A stretch of DNA of 24,276 nt, from positions 1-24,276 of IMG/VR virus record IMGVR_UViG_3300046824_000063. One strand, 5' to 3'. Position 1 is the stretch's first letter, and the number at the start of each line of letters is the position of its first letter. The DNA is from a virus. Its lineage: Duplodnaviria > Caudoviricetes. Of the stretch, positions 1 through 8,905 are shown one piece after another. The notes under the pieces are model-generated. The model was not told the DNA's origin and searched no databases. It worked only from the letters and a program-made list of their open reading frames with translations. The translations under genes were made by a program, and so were the position numbers.

Positions 1-12
1 GACGGCTGTTCA

Positions 13-441
13 CTAGCACTTGCCCACCACATCCTCAGGGGCGGCGCCCGACTTCGGGTCAGGGAACCTGGCGAGGCCGACCTGCCGCGCCGCGTCGTTG
101 ATCATCGACCGGATGTCGGACGGGGCAAACGAGCGCCAGCACTCCTCGCCACGGTTCTCGTGCCGGTGCCCCATCGCGTCGTGGTTCTCCCTGCCGCCCT
201 CGATCCGGCCGTTCAGGGCGCCCAGGACGGCCGCGAGCGCTTCCCGCTTGGCAGCGGCCAGCTCTGACCCCTTCAGGGCCACCGTGTGCTCACAGGTCGC
301 CGGGCTGCCATACGGCGATACTGGCGAGGCGATGACCCCCCCTCCGGCGATGACGGCCTTCACGTACGGCCCCGGCTCGGGCAGCCGGTCACGGACCTCA
401 GCAATGGCCGCAAGGATGGCGTTTACCTGCTCGGTCTTCAT
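13..441 (-). CDS. hypothetical phage protein (MKTEQVNAIL...)
   Basis: ATG at 441 overlaps the upstream TGA (ATGA); GGAGG upstream. Confidence 0.75.
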   Translation of the reverse strand: MKTEQVNAILAAIAEVRDRLPEPGPYVKAVIAGGGVIASPVSPYGSPATCEHTVALKGSELAAAKREALAAVLGALNGRIEGGRENHDAMGHRHENRGEECWRSFAPSDIRSMINDAARQVGLARFPDPKSGAAPEDVVGKC

Positions 442-965
442 CGTGGCCCCTCCAGGATCCCGGCGAAGCCGTGCGCGAGGGCAGTCATCCGGTCGACGCC
501 CAGCTTGGTGGGGGTGACCGTGACGTACGGGGCGCCCTGCTTGACGGTGATCCAGTCGAGCGCCTCGCCGGTGTCGGGGTCGACGCCGGACTCCCCAACC
601 TCCCCGACCCGGGCGGCGTAGTCGGTGAGGCCCTTCAGGAACGACGGGGTGATCGCCGCGATGACCGCTTCGGGGTGGCGCTCCAGGCACCACCGCAGCG
701 CCGCTGCCGAGTCGGTCACGGTCGCCGTCTTGCGGCCGGGGTTGTAGCCGACGGCGCCGAGCTTCTCGCTGCTGTTCGGCAGGTACGCGCCGACCCGTTC
801 GACCCGGCGGGCGCCGAGGTCTGCGGTGACGGCCGCGCGCAGTGCCTCCTCGATGGGCTTGAGGGCCTTGATGTAGCTCTGCAACGCGGTCAGCTTCTCC
901 GCGTCGGTCAACCCGCCCCCGGGGGGGCCGCCGGTTGCGGCGGCCCCCGTCGTCTCGTCGGTCAT
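438..965 (-). CDS. hypothetical phage protein in recombination operon (MTDETTG...)
   Basis: ATGA overlap, AGGAGG RBS, GC3-biased codons; N-terminal helical segment; family not recognised with certainty. Confidence 0.8.
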   Translation of the reverse strand: MTDETTGAAATGGPPGGGLTDAEKLTALQSYIKALKPIEEALRAAVTADLGARRVERVGAYLPNSSEKLGAVGYNPGRKTATVTDSAAALRWCLERHPEAVIAAITPSFLKGLTDYAARVGEVGESGVDPDTGEALDWITVKQGAPYVTVTPTKLGVDRMTALAHGFAGILEGPR

Positions 966-1171
966 GCCGTGTCCTCCTGGGTCTTGCACGCCCGCAGCGT
1001 GCGCCTGATTTGGGCCTTCGCGTTGTTGTCGCCGCGCCCCCCGCACGGGGAGCCGGTCGTGGTGATCCGGTGGTGCCCGCAGGGGCACGCCCAGATCTGG
1101 TGGTTCTTGTTGCGGACCAGGGTGAAGCCGTGTTCCTGGAACAGCTTCACCATGGCTGTCACGGAGTTCAC
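962..1171 (-). CDS. HicA-like (dsRBD-fold) small protein
   Basis: KLFQEHGFTLVRNKNHQIWACPCGHHRITT resembles the HicA pattern L..GF..vR.kgsH.i...p.g..vt; GTGA overlap with the ERF stop. Confidence 0.55.
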   Translation of the reverse strand: MNSVTAMVKLFQEHGFTLVRNKNHQIWACPCGHHRITTTGSPCGGRGDNNAKAQIRRTLRACKTQEDTA

Positions 1172-2193
1172 TGGTCCGGCGCTTCCGCCAACTTCTGCGC
1201 CGCCGCGTTGTCGGCCTGGGCCTGGGCGACGTCCTCTTTCCAGCTGCCCGCCGCCTCCTCGCGCATCGCCGCCGCGTTGGGCGACGCCGCGACGGCCGCG
1301 TCCGTGAGCGCCTTCTTCTGCTGGGTCAGCACGTCGAGCAGGCTCAGGTCCGGCGAGACGGGCGTCTTCAGCAGGCCCCGGCCGTCGGCGAACTCCCGGA
1401 TCCACGACAGGTTCTCGACGGTCGTGTTCGGGTCGCGGGCGACCCCGGCGAGGCGGACGGCCAGGCGGGTCGTCGCGGTCACCGGCGGGATGTCGCTACC
1501 GAAGTTGATCGGCCGGTCGTGCAGGCCCTTGCCTGCCATCCAGTCGTAGACGGCGCCGACCTTGTCCAGCTCCAGCGAGTCCAGCTTGCCGTGGTAGCCG
1601 GTAACCTCTTCGTCGGTCCACGACGTCTTCACCGGCCCGGCGGGCGGCCCACTGACGGGCCTGTCGGCGCTGGCGCCGCGCCGGTGCTGGTCGTGGGCCT
1701 GCCCCGTTGTCGGCCGCTCGCGAGGGAGCTTGTCGAAGTCCTCCGGGGCCATGGCCTGGTCGCGGTGACCGGCGGGGACTGCTGCCGCACCGTCGTCGTC
1801 CTCCTTGTCGGGGAACGTGTTGGTGACGGCCATCTGCGCGTACCGGCGGGCGTAGGTGATGGCCGAGCCGACCTGCTGCGGCTTGGTGCGGTTGGGGTCC
1901 GGCAGTGGCCAGACGCCGGTGCGTTCCTCGCCCGCCTCGTGCAGCAGCGAGTATTTCAGGACGAAGGCGTTGCCCTCGATCGTCGGCCACGCGGTGAACG
2001 CCATCCCGTGCTGGCCGAGGCAGGTGCTGACCGCCTCGACGACCTGGGCCAGGTCGGCGTACCCGTAGGTGTAGTTGACGGGGCGGCCGTCGTTGGTCTC
2101 GCCCTTGACCTTGGCGGTCTCGTCTTTGCGCAGGCTGGGCAGCTCGGCTTGGAACGCGGCCAGCGCGGTGGCGAGGTTGTCGTGCTTGGGCAT
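1168..2193 (-). CDS. ERF-superfamily single-strand annealing protein with C-terminal extension
   Basis: ALAAFQAEL, YGYADL and the signature PQQVGSAITYARRY...EDDDG; GGAGG RBS before the ATG at 2193. Confidence 0.9.
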   Translation of the reverse strand: MPKHDNLATALAAFQAELPSLRKDETAKVKGETNDGRPVNYTYGYADLAQVVEAVSTCLGQHGMAFTAWPTIEGNAFVLKYSLLHEAGEERTGVWPLPDPNRTKPQQVGSAITYARRYAQMAVTNTFPDKEDDDGAAAVPAGHRDQAMAPEDFDKLPRERPTTGQAHDQHRRGASADRPVSGPPAGPVKTSWTDEEVTGYHGKLDSLELDKVGAVYDWMAGKGLHDRPINFGSDIPPVTATTRLAVRLAGVARDPNTTVENLSWIREFADGRGLLKTPVSPDLSLLDVLTQQKKALTDAAVAASPNAAAMREEAAGSWKEDVAQAQADNAAAQKLAEAPDQ

Positions 2194-2254
2194 CTGTACC
2201 TCCATGAGTGACTGTCTGCCCTCAGCTTACACGACCCGCGCCGCCGCACAACCG

Positions 2255-2899
2255 TCAGACGCAAGATCCGTTCGGGTAGTCCCGATGGTGCCCGGCGAGA
2301 TCCTGCGACCTGGCCCCGCAGAGCTGACAGGTCACGAACGGGGCGTCCGGGCACCCCTCGGCGTGCTCCCCCGAATCGTGCGCGCCCTCCACCCGGCAGA
2401 CATCCCGAAGCCGGTCATCGACGCTGCGGTGCCGGTAGTGCGGGTTCGCCTCGCCGCCCTGCGACCGCTGGAACGCCCGCTGCTCGCGCTCCCACGCCGC
2501 CTGCCGGGGGAACAGCCGCCCCCGGTCCACGTCCGGCAGCGCCGACCGCAGCCGACCGAGCAGCTCGACAACCTCCGGCGAGATGTCGTCGGCGGTCAGC
2601 CGCTCCCCCCGGGTGATCTCCGGCAGCGCCTCCTCCTTCGGCACGCCGTGCTGGCCGGGTGCCCACTGGCGGGCCGCTTTCGCCCGCTCCTCGCCGATCT
2701 CGCCAGCCAGGTGGACGATGTGCGCGGGCATGATCCACGCCGAGTCGGCCGCGTAGTGCCGCCGGATCGCCTCCATCACGTCGGCAGCGTTCAGCTCGGC
2801 GAGGATCAGATGCCAGGCCCGAACGTTGGCTTCGCCGACGGTGCGGTTGTCGTACGCCTGCGCCAGGGCCAGGGCGTTGCTCGTCTCCAGGATGTTCAC
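2255..2899 (-). CDS. putative helicase loader/inhibitor-like replication protein
   Basis: AYDNRTVGEANVRAWHLIL...AIRRHY...IMPAHI motif typical of proteins directly downstream of phage replication initiators (G39P-like); GTGA overlap. Confidence 0.6.
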   Translation of the reverse strand: MNILETSNALALAQAYDNRTVGEANVRAWHLILAELNAADVMEAIRRHYAADSAWIMPAHIVHLAGEIGEERAKAARQWAPGQHGVPKEEALPEITRGERLTADDISPEVVELLGRLRSALPDVDRGRLFPRQAAWEREQRAFQRSQGGEANPHYRHRSVDDRLRDVCRVEGAHDSGEHAEGCPDAPFVTCQLCGARSQDLAGHHRDYPNGSCV

Positions 2900-3723
2900 T
2901 GCATCTCCTCCATCAGACGGCGACCGAGGTCGAGCGTCTGCGCGACCCTCTGGTCCGTGGTGCTCGGGCGGTAGTTCGAAGGCGCACCGGCGGGCATGAG
3001 GGAGTTGCCGGGCGGGGCGCTGACCGCTCGGGCGAAGCTGCCGTTGGTACCGGCCCGGTCGGCAGCCGTGCGCATCCAGCGGCGCCACGTCGCGGGCCAG
3101 TCCAGCTTGCGGCCCTTGGTGCCGGGCTCGGCCCGCCAGTAGTCCATGAACTTGTCGTGCTCCCATCGGCCGTCGATCACCTGGCCGAGCTTCTCGGCGG
3201 CGAACCACTCGCGCATCTTCTCGTCGGGCACGAAGTCGTCGGGCACCCTCGTAGCCGTTGCGGAGCGCGGAGCGCGCCTAGACACCGAAGGTGTCTTGGT
3301 CTTCTCCTGATCTTCTCCATAGGAACGAGGGTCGGATTTTCCGTCGTTCGGTTGAGCTGCGGAAGCACCCTGTTCGCCCTGGTCGGGGCGAGGGTCGGAA
3401 AAGTCGACCTCCAGAGAGTCGATATATCCGTCGCCCGGATCCTGGAGGAGGTAGTCGACCGTCGATCCTCCGGTCGGGAGGGAAGTGCGGATGCGCTTCA
3501 GGTATCCGGCCTTCTCCAGCGCCTGGATCATGGTGCGCACGGCGTCACGGCTCGACGGGCCAGACGCGCAGATCAGCTCCTCGGTGATCTTGTAGCCCTG
3601 CGCGTGGCTCATGAGCCACGCCAGCAGCCCGCGCGCAGCCCAGGGCAGCGTGTGATCACGCGCCCAGCGATTGGGGATCATCGTGAAGTGGTCACCAGGC
3701 AGCTTGCCGCGATGGATGGTCAC
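2896..3723 (-). CDS. phage replication initiator (N-terminal winged HTH, C-terminal DWPATWRRW domain)
   Basis: FTMIPN..ARD..L...ARGLL..LMSH...LEKAGYL N-terminus; PDDFVP...KFMDYW...KLDWPATWRRW C-terminus; polar linker carrying DNA repeats. Confidence 0.8.
   Translation of the reverse strand: MTIHRGKLPGDHFTMIPNRWARDHTLPWAARGLLAWLMSHAQGYKITEELICASGPSSRDAVRTMIQALEKAGYLKRIRTSLPTGGSTVDYLLQDPGDGYIDSLEVDFSDPRPDQGEQGASAAQPNDGKSDPRSYGEDQEKTKTPSVSRRAPRSATATRVPDDFVPDEKMREWFAAEKLGQVIDGRWEHDKFMDYWRAEPGTKGRKLDWPATWRRWMRTAADRAGTNGSFARAVSAPPGNSLMPAGAPSNYRPSTTDQRVAQTLDLGRRLMEEMQ
3327..3433. repeat. three imperfect 20-bp iteron-like repeats inside the initiator gene (putative origin)
   Basis: GAGGGTCGGATTTTCCGTCG (3327), GAGGGTCGGAAAAGTCGACC (3390), GAGAGTCGATATATCCGTCG (3414). 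Confidence 0.6.
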
Positions 3724-3811
3724 TAAGGCGCCTCTTTCAGATAGGGCACCCTCGGTAGTTGCCGCGCCTGTATGGCGTCGGTAGACTCCGGGATGAGTTG
3801 ATAGAGCTATT

Positions 3812-3841
3812 CAGCGCTTCGGGTGTCCGCCCGGGGCGCTG
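3812..3841. terminator. stem-loop, possible intrinsic terminator
   Basis: CAGCGCTTCGGG-tgtccg-CCCGGGGCGCTG followed by CTCTATTTCT; G-U pairs favour the + strand RNA. Confidence 0.45.
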
Positions 3842-3858
3842 CTCTATTTCTACACTCG

Positions 3859-4206
3859 TCAGGCGGTGAGCGACAGCTCCGGCTCGCCGGGCGCGTCGTA
3901 CCAGACCCGCCGCGACGGCACCGCGAACTGGTCGCGCAGGGTCGACGCGTACCAGAGCGGCTCCTTGATCTCGGGGAAGTCGACCGCCGGGAGCAGGCCG
4001 CGCTGGCGCCACTGCTGCGGGGTGTACCGCTCGACCCGCATGTGCCGGGCAATACCGGCCAGGTCGACGACCGTGCGGATCCTCTCCACCTCGCGGAGCG
4101 TCTCGTCGGGGCTGAACGCGATCAGCGCCCGCAGCCGGGCTACCTCCTGCTTGAGCGCCGTCGCCTCGCTGGAAGCCTCCTGCCACATCTGCTTGTAGCT
4201 CGTCAT
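3859..4206 (-). CDS. putative HTH DNA-binding protein (MerR/AlpA/excisionase-like)
   Basis: VDLAGIARHMRVERYTPQQWRQRGLLP...PLW pattern; N-terminal coiled coil; ATG at 4206 with GAGG RBS. Confidence 0.65.
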   Translation of the reverse strand: MTSYKQMWQEASSEATALKQEVARLRALIAFSPDETLREVERIRTVVDLAGIARHMRVERYTPQQWRQRGLLPAVDFPEIKEPLWYASTLRDQFAVPSRRVWYDAPGEPELSLTA

Positions 4207-4314
4207 GTCGTGTCCTCTGGGGGTGCCGGGGAGTGCGTCAGCCATGAGCCTACAGGATCGCCCTCCCCCCTGCGTAGTGGGCAAGATTCGTTGATGTACT
4301 CTGTACCCTGGTGG

Positions 4315-4343
4315 TTGACAAGGCAGACCGGGTGGCGCACTCT
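4315..4343 (+). promoter_or_regulatory. sigma70/HrdB-like promoter for the rightward arm
   Basis: TTGACA (4315)-N17-CACTCT in the divergent intergenic region. Confidence 0.55.
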
Positions 4344-4377
4344 GTGGGCAACCCCCCCACCTCAGAGAGGCCCCGAG

Positions 4378-4953
4378 ATGTCCACTCCGACCGTGGTAAC
4401 CGCTCTGGCGATCCTGCCGCTCGTCCTGCTGACCGTGTGGACCGTCCGCATGGCCGTCGCCCCACCCGCCCTCACCGCTGGCCGCCACCGCCTCGCCGAC
4501 TACGCCGACAGCGTCGAGCTGTACCGCCCCGGCGGCGCCGGACGCCGCCCCGTCGGCCCGCGCGCCACCCCCGTCGTATCCGGTGGCCCGCTGACCGAGG
4601 AGGAGCGCCGAGCCCGCATGGTCCCCGTCCCCGCCCCCGAACCGGCCTGGCGCACCGACGAGACCGCGATCATGACCGCCGGGCACGACGACCGCCCCGC
4701 CTCGCCCGTCTCCCTCAACCTCGCCGAGACCGTCGTCTTGGCCGTCCCTGCCGACCCGGCCGCCGATGTCTGGGATGAAGCCCAGCGGGAGCGCTGGGCA
4801 CGCGCTCAGGTGGCCGCTGCCGGAAAGAGCTGGGGCACCCACACTGCGAAGTTCTCCGGCGCCGTCGTGCCCCGCGAGGTGACCCCGGAGCAGTGGTTCG
4901 GCGTCCCTCGCGACGAGACCCGCGAACTGGCGAAGCTCGCCCTTACCCCGTGA
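4378..4953 (+). CDS. hypothetical protein with N-terminal transmembrane segment
   Basis: MSTPTVVTALAILPLVLLTVWTV hydrophobic stretch; GAGG RBS. Confidence 0.7.
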   Translation: MSTPTVVTALAILPLVLLTVWTVRMAVAPPALTAGRHRLADYADSVELYRPGGAGRRPVGPRATPVVSGGPLTEEERRARMVPVPAPEPAWRTDETAIMTAGHDDRPASPVSLNLAETVVLAVPADPAADVWDEAQRERWARAQVAAAGKSWGTHTAKFSGAVVPREVTPEQWFGVPRDETRELAKLALTP

Positions 4954-4976
4954 ACACCGTGACCGAGGAGGCGCCC

Positions 4977-5900
4977 GTGAAGGGCCAGGAGATGACCATC
5001 CACATCGAGACCGTGCGGACCCCGCAGGTGCGCGACGAGTACGGCGAGCTGTCCGGCCTGTCGGACAGCATCGAAGCGGACGGCCTGCGGCACCCCATCA
5101 CGCTGTGGGCTGACGGGACGCTCATCTCCGGCGCCCGCCGCCTGCGCGCCCACTTCCTGCTGTCCGGCCGCGTCCAGCCCGGGAAGCGGAAGGACTTCCG
5201 GCACATCCCCGCCGTGTTCGTCGACACCATCGAAGACGCCGCCAAGCGGCTGCTCAACGACAACGGCGACGACACCGCCGCGATCCCGCTGAAGCCGTCA
5301 CAGATGTGCAAGCTGTGGGCGGTCATGCGCGTACTCGACGAGCCTGCCGCCGTCCGACGCGTCAACGAGGCCCGCCGCCGGGGTGTCGAGCTGCGCAGGC
5401 AGACCCTCACCGGCAAGCGCACCCCCGGCCGGTCCGCCGCCCAGGGGCGAGGCGACGACTACTTTCTGGCCGTCCTCGGCGAGCCGTTCGGCATGTCGGA
5501 GGCGACCGCCTCGCGCCTCTGGGCAATCCACAAGGTGGCCACCAACCCGGTGCTGCCCGACGAGCGCCGCTCGCACGCCGCCTCCTGCCTGGCCGCGATC
5601 GACAACGGCGACAGCAGCATCTACGCCAACTACGCCGCCCTGCTCAGCAACCGCTCCACCCCCGTCTCCCGGGTGCGCGTCGTTGCCCCGATCGAGTCGG
5701 CCCCCGCCCCACGGCAGCGCGCCGCGTGGGAGCGGAGCCTGCCGCAGCTGGAGGGCCTGATCGCCGGGCTGTCCGAGCTTGGCCCCCCGAACTCCGAACT
5801 GTCCTGGGATCAGGTCGGGCCGGTACATGCGCGGCTGAAGAAGATCCGCCGCGACATGGAAAAGATCATCAACAACATGAAGGAGACCGCACAGTCATGA
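4977..5900 (+). CDS. ParB/Sulfiredoxin N-terminal domain protein
   Basis: LSDSIEADGLRHPITL...LISGARRLRA (ParB GxRR motif); central HTH-like FGMSEATASR; start could be 4950, 4977 or 4992. Confidence 0.85.
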   Translation: MKGQEMTIHIETVRTPQVRDEYGELSGLSDSIEADGLRHPITLWADGTLISGARRLRAHFLLSGRVQPGKRKDFRHIPAVFVDTIEDAAKRLLNDNGDDTAAIPLKPSQMCKLWAVMRVLDEPAAVRRVNEARRRGVELRRQTLTGKRTPGRSAAQGRGDDYFLAVLGEPFGMSEATASRLWAIHKVATNPVLPDERRSHAASCLAAIDNGDSSIYANYAALLSNRSTPVSRVRVVAPIESAPAPRQRAAWERSLPQLEGLIAGLSELGPPNSELSWDQVGPVHARLKKIRRDMEKIINNMKETAQS

Positions 5901-6682
5901 CGACCAGCCCGGAAACCCGCGTCACCCACCACATCGTCGAACGTAAGGTCGGCGACCTCTGGGTGGACCCGCAGGTCCAGCGCGCCGTGAAGAAGGCCCG
6001 AGTCGACGCCATGGCCGGTGACTTCCACCCCGAAGCCCTCGGCGTGCTGACCACCTCGTACCGGTCGCCGGACCGCATCCACGTCGTGGACGGCCAGCAC
6101 CGCTACCGTGCCGCCGAAGCCGCCGCGCACGAGGGCGTCATCCTGACGAACGAGTACCGGGGCCTGACCCTCGCCGAAGAGGCCGCCCTGTTCCGGCTGC
6201 TCAACAAGACCGAGAAGGTGTCGCCGATCGACCAGTTCCTGGTCGCCTGCATCGAGCAGCGCCCCGAAGCGCTCGCCCTGGCCCGGGTGCTGAAGGACAA
6301 CGGATGGAGCCTGGCCAGCTCCGCATCGGCAGGCAAGATGTCCGCGATCCGCGCCCTGGAGCGCGTCTACGCCATGAGCCCCGACGCCGCCGCCGCGACC
6401 GTCGCCACCCTGACCGTCGCGTTCGGGCACGCCCCGAACGGCGTTCAGGGTTCCATGATCGAGGGCCTGGGCCGGGTGCTCGCCCGCTACGGCACTGACG
6501 TCGACCTGACCGACATGGCGAAGCGTCTCGCCTCCTCCCCGGGCGGCCCGGACGGACTCGTCGGCTACGCCCGGGGTCAGAAGCTGGCCCGCACCGGCAA
6601 CCTCTCCACGCAGGTCGCCTGGGTCATCGTCAACCTCTACAACCAGCGGCGCCGCACGACCGCGCTGCCCGAGTGGCGTTGA
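5897..6682 (+). CDS. ParB-like DGQHR-motif protein (DUF6551-like)
   Basis: VDPQVQR...VVDGQHRYRAA...EEAALFRLLN; AGGAG RBS and ATGA overlap. Confidence 0.8.
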   Translation: MTTSPETRVTHHIVERKVGDLWVDPQVQRAVKKARVDAMAGDFHPEALGVLTTSYRSPDRIHVVDGQHRYRAAEAAAHEGVILTNEYRGLTLAEEAALFRLLNKTEKVSPIDQFLVACIEQRPEALALARVLKDNGWSLASSASAGKMSAIRALERVYAMSPDAAAATVATLTVAFGHAPNGVQGSMIEGLGRVLARYGTDVDLTDMAKRLASSPGGPDGLVGYARGQKLARTGNLSTQVAWVIVNLYNQRRRTTALPEWR

Positions 6683-7044
6683 CCGCGCGACGACGCCGTC
6701 CCACACCGCCCCCGGCGCCGCTGCCCTCGCAGCCGGTGCCGGGGGCGGCCCCGTCCGGCCAGTGGCTCGCTAAGGGCACCCCGACGGGCGCCGCCGGGGT
6801 GGTGTGGCTGATCCGGCCGATGCCCGACGGCCAGTGGCCCGTCGACCAGCGGCTACCCCGCGACGACTCGTGGGCGTGGTGGGTTCGGTCGGCCTGCGGG
6901 CACCCGGGCGGGGTGCGGCAGTGGGCGTTCCTCCACCAGGCGGACGCCCTGATGTACGGGGAGATTTTCCGCGAGAACCCGTGCCGGTGGGCGCGCTGCG
7001 CTCGCGGCATCATGATCGAAAACGACCTCAGGAGTAGAGGATGA
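6679..7044 (+). CDS. hypothetical protein
   Basis: Fills the gap with TTGA/ATGA overlaps; start uncertain. Confidence 0.5.
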   Translation: MTARRRRPTPPPAPLPSQPVPGAAPSGQWLAKGTPTGAAGVVWLIRPMPDGQWPVDQRLPRDDSWAWWVRSACGHPGGVRQWAFLHQADALMYGEIFRENPCRWARCARGIMIENDLRSRG

Positions 7045-7292
7045 GCTTCGCGGCGAGCTACACCGGACGATGCGGCAACTGCACCGACCTCTTCGAACCC
7101 GGCGACGAAGTCGCCTACGACAACGACGGCGTCCTGGTGATCGTGGAGTGCTGCGGCGCCGCCGACGAGTCACGCGCCCAGCTCGCGACGGTGGAGGTCG
7201 ACCGGGTCATGCCGCGCGGCAAGACCGCCGCCGACAAGTGCGGGATCTGCTTCCAGATCCCCTCCTCCAACGACGTCTGCGGATGCTCCTGA
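7041..7292 (+). CDS. small Cys-rich putative zinc-binding protein
   Basis: CGNC...CC and CGIC...CGC motifs; AGGAG RBS. Confidence 0.75.
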   Translation: MSFAASYTGRCGNCTDLFEPGDEVAYDNDGVLVIVECCGAADESRAQLATVEVDRVMPRGKTAADKCGICFQIPSSNDVCGCS

Positions 7293-7654
7293 TGGCCAAC
7301 TGGGCATGGCCGCACACCCCCCCCGACAACTGGGCGCGCATCCGTCTCGTCGGCGGCCCGTTCGACGGCGAGGACGCCGGGTTCGTGCCGCCGGACCACG
7401 GGGCGCCCGTGCAGGTCGTCTGGTCCGGGTGGATGCCGTGGGGCCTCGACGCCTGGCTGTACGAGTGGCACGGTGAGACGACGAAAGACCGGGGCCGCAC
7501 CGAAGCGCTGATCTACAAGGCGACCGGCCGCCGCCTGGCCGCCGACGAGATCCCGCCGCTGATCGCCGACCTCGCCGAGATGTGGGCCGACGGCGCCGAC
7601 CTGATCCAGCGCGTCTACGACGTCCCGGCCGAACTGATCTGGCCTGGCCTGTAG
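7292..7654 (+). CDS. hypothetical protein (LVGGPFDG motif)
   Basis: TGATG overlap; GGPxDG motif frequent in small phage proteins. Confidence 0.75.
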   Translation: MANWAWPHTPPDNWARIRLVGGPFDGEDAGFVPPDHGAPVQVVWSGWMPWGLDAWLYEWHGETTKDRGRTEALIYKATGRRLAADEIPPLIADLAEMWADGADLIQRVYDVPAELIWPGL

Positions 7655-7677
7655 TCAAGATCGAAAACGGAGGAATG

Positions 7678-7899
7678 ATGTCGTTCACGCTCGCCTACCG
7701 CACCAACGGACGCGCCTGGGGCAAGGCCCACGCCGTCCGCCTATTCGACCGCTACGAAGCCGCGATCCGCCTGGAGAAGGCCCGCCAGAAGCTGCGCGAG
7801 CTGACCCGCTTCGGCTTCCCCGTCACCGAAGCCGACGTTGCCGAATGCTCCGCTGCCATGCGCGAGTACGAATCAGCCACCGCCGCCGGGCGGTACTGA
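7678..7899 (+). CDS. hypothetical protein
   Basis: GGAGG RBS; GC3 bias. Confidence 0.7.
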   Translation: MSFTLAYRTNGRAWGKAHAVRLFDRYEAAIRLEKARQKLRELTRFGFPVTEADVAECSAAMREYESATAAGRY

Positions 7900-7931
7900 C
7901 TCCCGTACGCTGGGCGGCGTAGGAGGAGCCC

Positions 7932-8666
7932 ATGCCACGCCGCCCATCCCGCAAGGGAAGCACCGACCACACCCGCGCCCCGGAAGTCCTGGCCACGATG
8001 GGACGTAAGAAGCTGGAGCTGGACCCCGGCCGGGACGCCTGGGAGCAGCAGCCCGGCGAGCTGCCCCGCAACTACGGCCTGTTCAGCATGTACCGCGACC
8101 ACGGCCGCCTGCGCTCCGTCGCGCAGATCGCCGGGATGTCCCCGGTCATCACCTACCCGGCGATGGCCCGCGTCGCCCGCTTCGGCCTCTGGGCTGAACG
8201 CGCCGCCCTGTGGGATGTCGAGCAGGACCGCATCACCGCCGTCCGCCTCCAGGGCGACCGCGAGGAGATGGCCAAGCGCCACATGAAGACCGCCGGGCTG
8301 CTCATGGAGAAGGCCCTCGCCCGGCTCGCCACCCTCGACGTCAACAAGATCAGCCCGCACGCCCTGATCCTCATGATCGACACCGCCGCGAGGATCGAAC
8401 GCGCCGCCCTGGGCCTGGACAACAAGGGCGCCACCTCCGCGACCACCGTCACGGTCGCCGCCAGCACCAAGACCGACCAGGCGGGCAACCCTGAAGTGCG
8501 GGTTGAGGTCGGCGTCCAGCACGACAAGATCATGGCCACCCTCGACGCCATGGTGCAGCGCATGAGCCCCGAGCAGATCGAAGCCGGATACCAGGAGCTG
8601 ACCGCTGGCGCCGAGGAGGCGACCCGCGCACTGGACGCCGCCCTCCCTGCACCTCCTCCGCAGTGA
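7932..8666 (+). CDS. putative terminase small subunit
   Basis: WEQQPGE...F.MYRD.G..RS...WAERAALWD pattern followed by helical region; upstream of terL; AGGAGG RBS. Confidence 0.65.
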   Translation: MPRRPSRKGSTDHTRAPEVLATMGRKKLELDPGRDAWEQQPGELPRNYGLFSMYRDHGRLRSVAQIAGMSPVITYPAMARVARFGLWAERAALWDVEQDRITAVRLQGDREEMAKRHMKTAGLLMEKALARLATLDVNKISPHALILMIDTAARIERAALGLDNKGATSATTVTVAASTKTDQAGNPEVRVEVGVQHDKIMATLDAMVQRMSPEQIEAGYQELTAGAEEATRALDAALPAPPPQ

Positions 8667-8905
8667 GGGCGAGCGCGGCCGGGGGTCGCCCGCAAGCCGG
8701 GCGGCCGGGCGACCCCCGGGCTCCGCGCCCCTGCGAGCGGTCCGGCCTGCACAACTGCCGCCCGCTGGGCCGCTTCGCCAACCACGACGCCACCCACGAG
8801 CCATGCATGAGCTGCGCGGATGACCGCCTCGACCCGGCGCCGGAACGCTGCCTCCAGCCGAAGGGGCACTGGTCACCGCCCTCTCCGGATAGTTTTCGAT
8901 CATGA
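8663..8905 (+). CDS. hypothetical Cys/His-rich protein
   Basis: GTGA and ATGA overlaps at both ends. Confidence 0.45.
   Translation: MRASAAGGRPQAGRPGDPRAPRPCERSGLHNCRPLGRFANHDATHEPCMSCADDRLDPAPERCLQPKGHWSPPSPDSFRS

Noticed and set aside
7011-7023. 13-bp motif as an actinobacterial LexA box
   Set aside because: Lacks the palindromic TCGAAC-N4-GTTCGA second half
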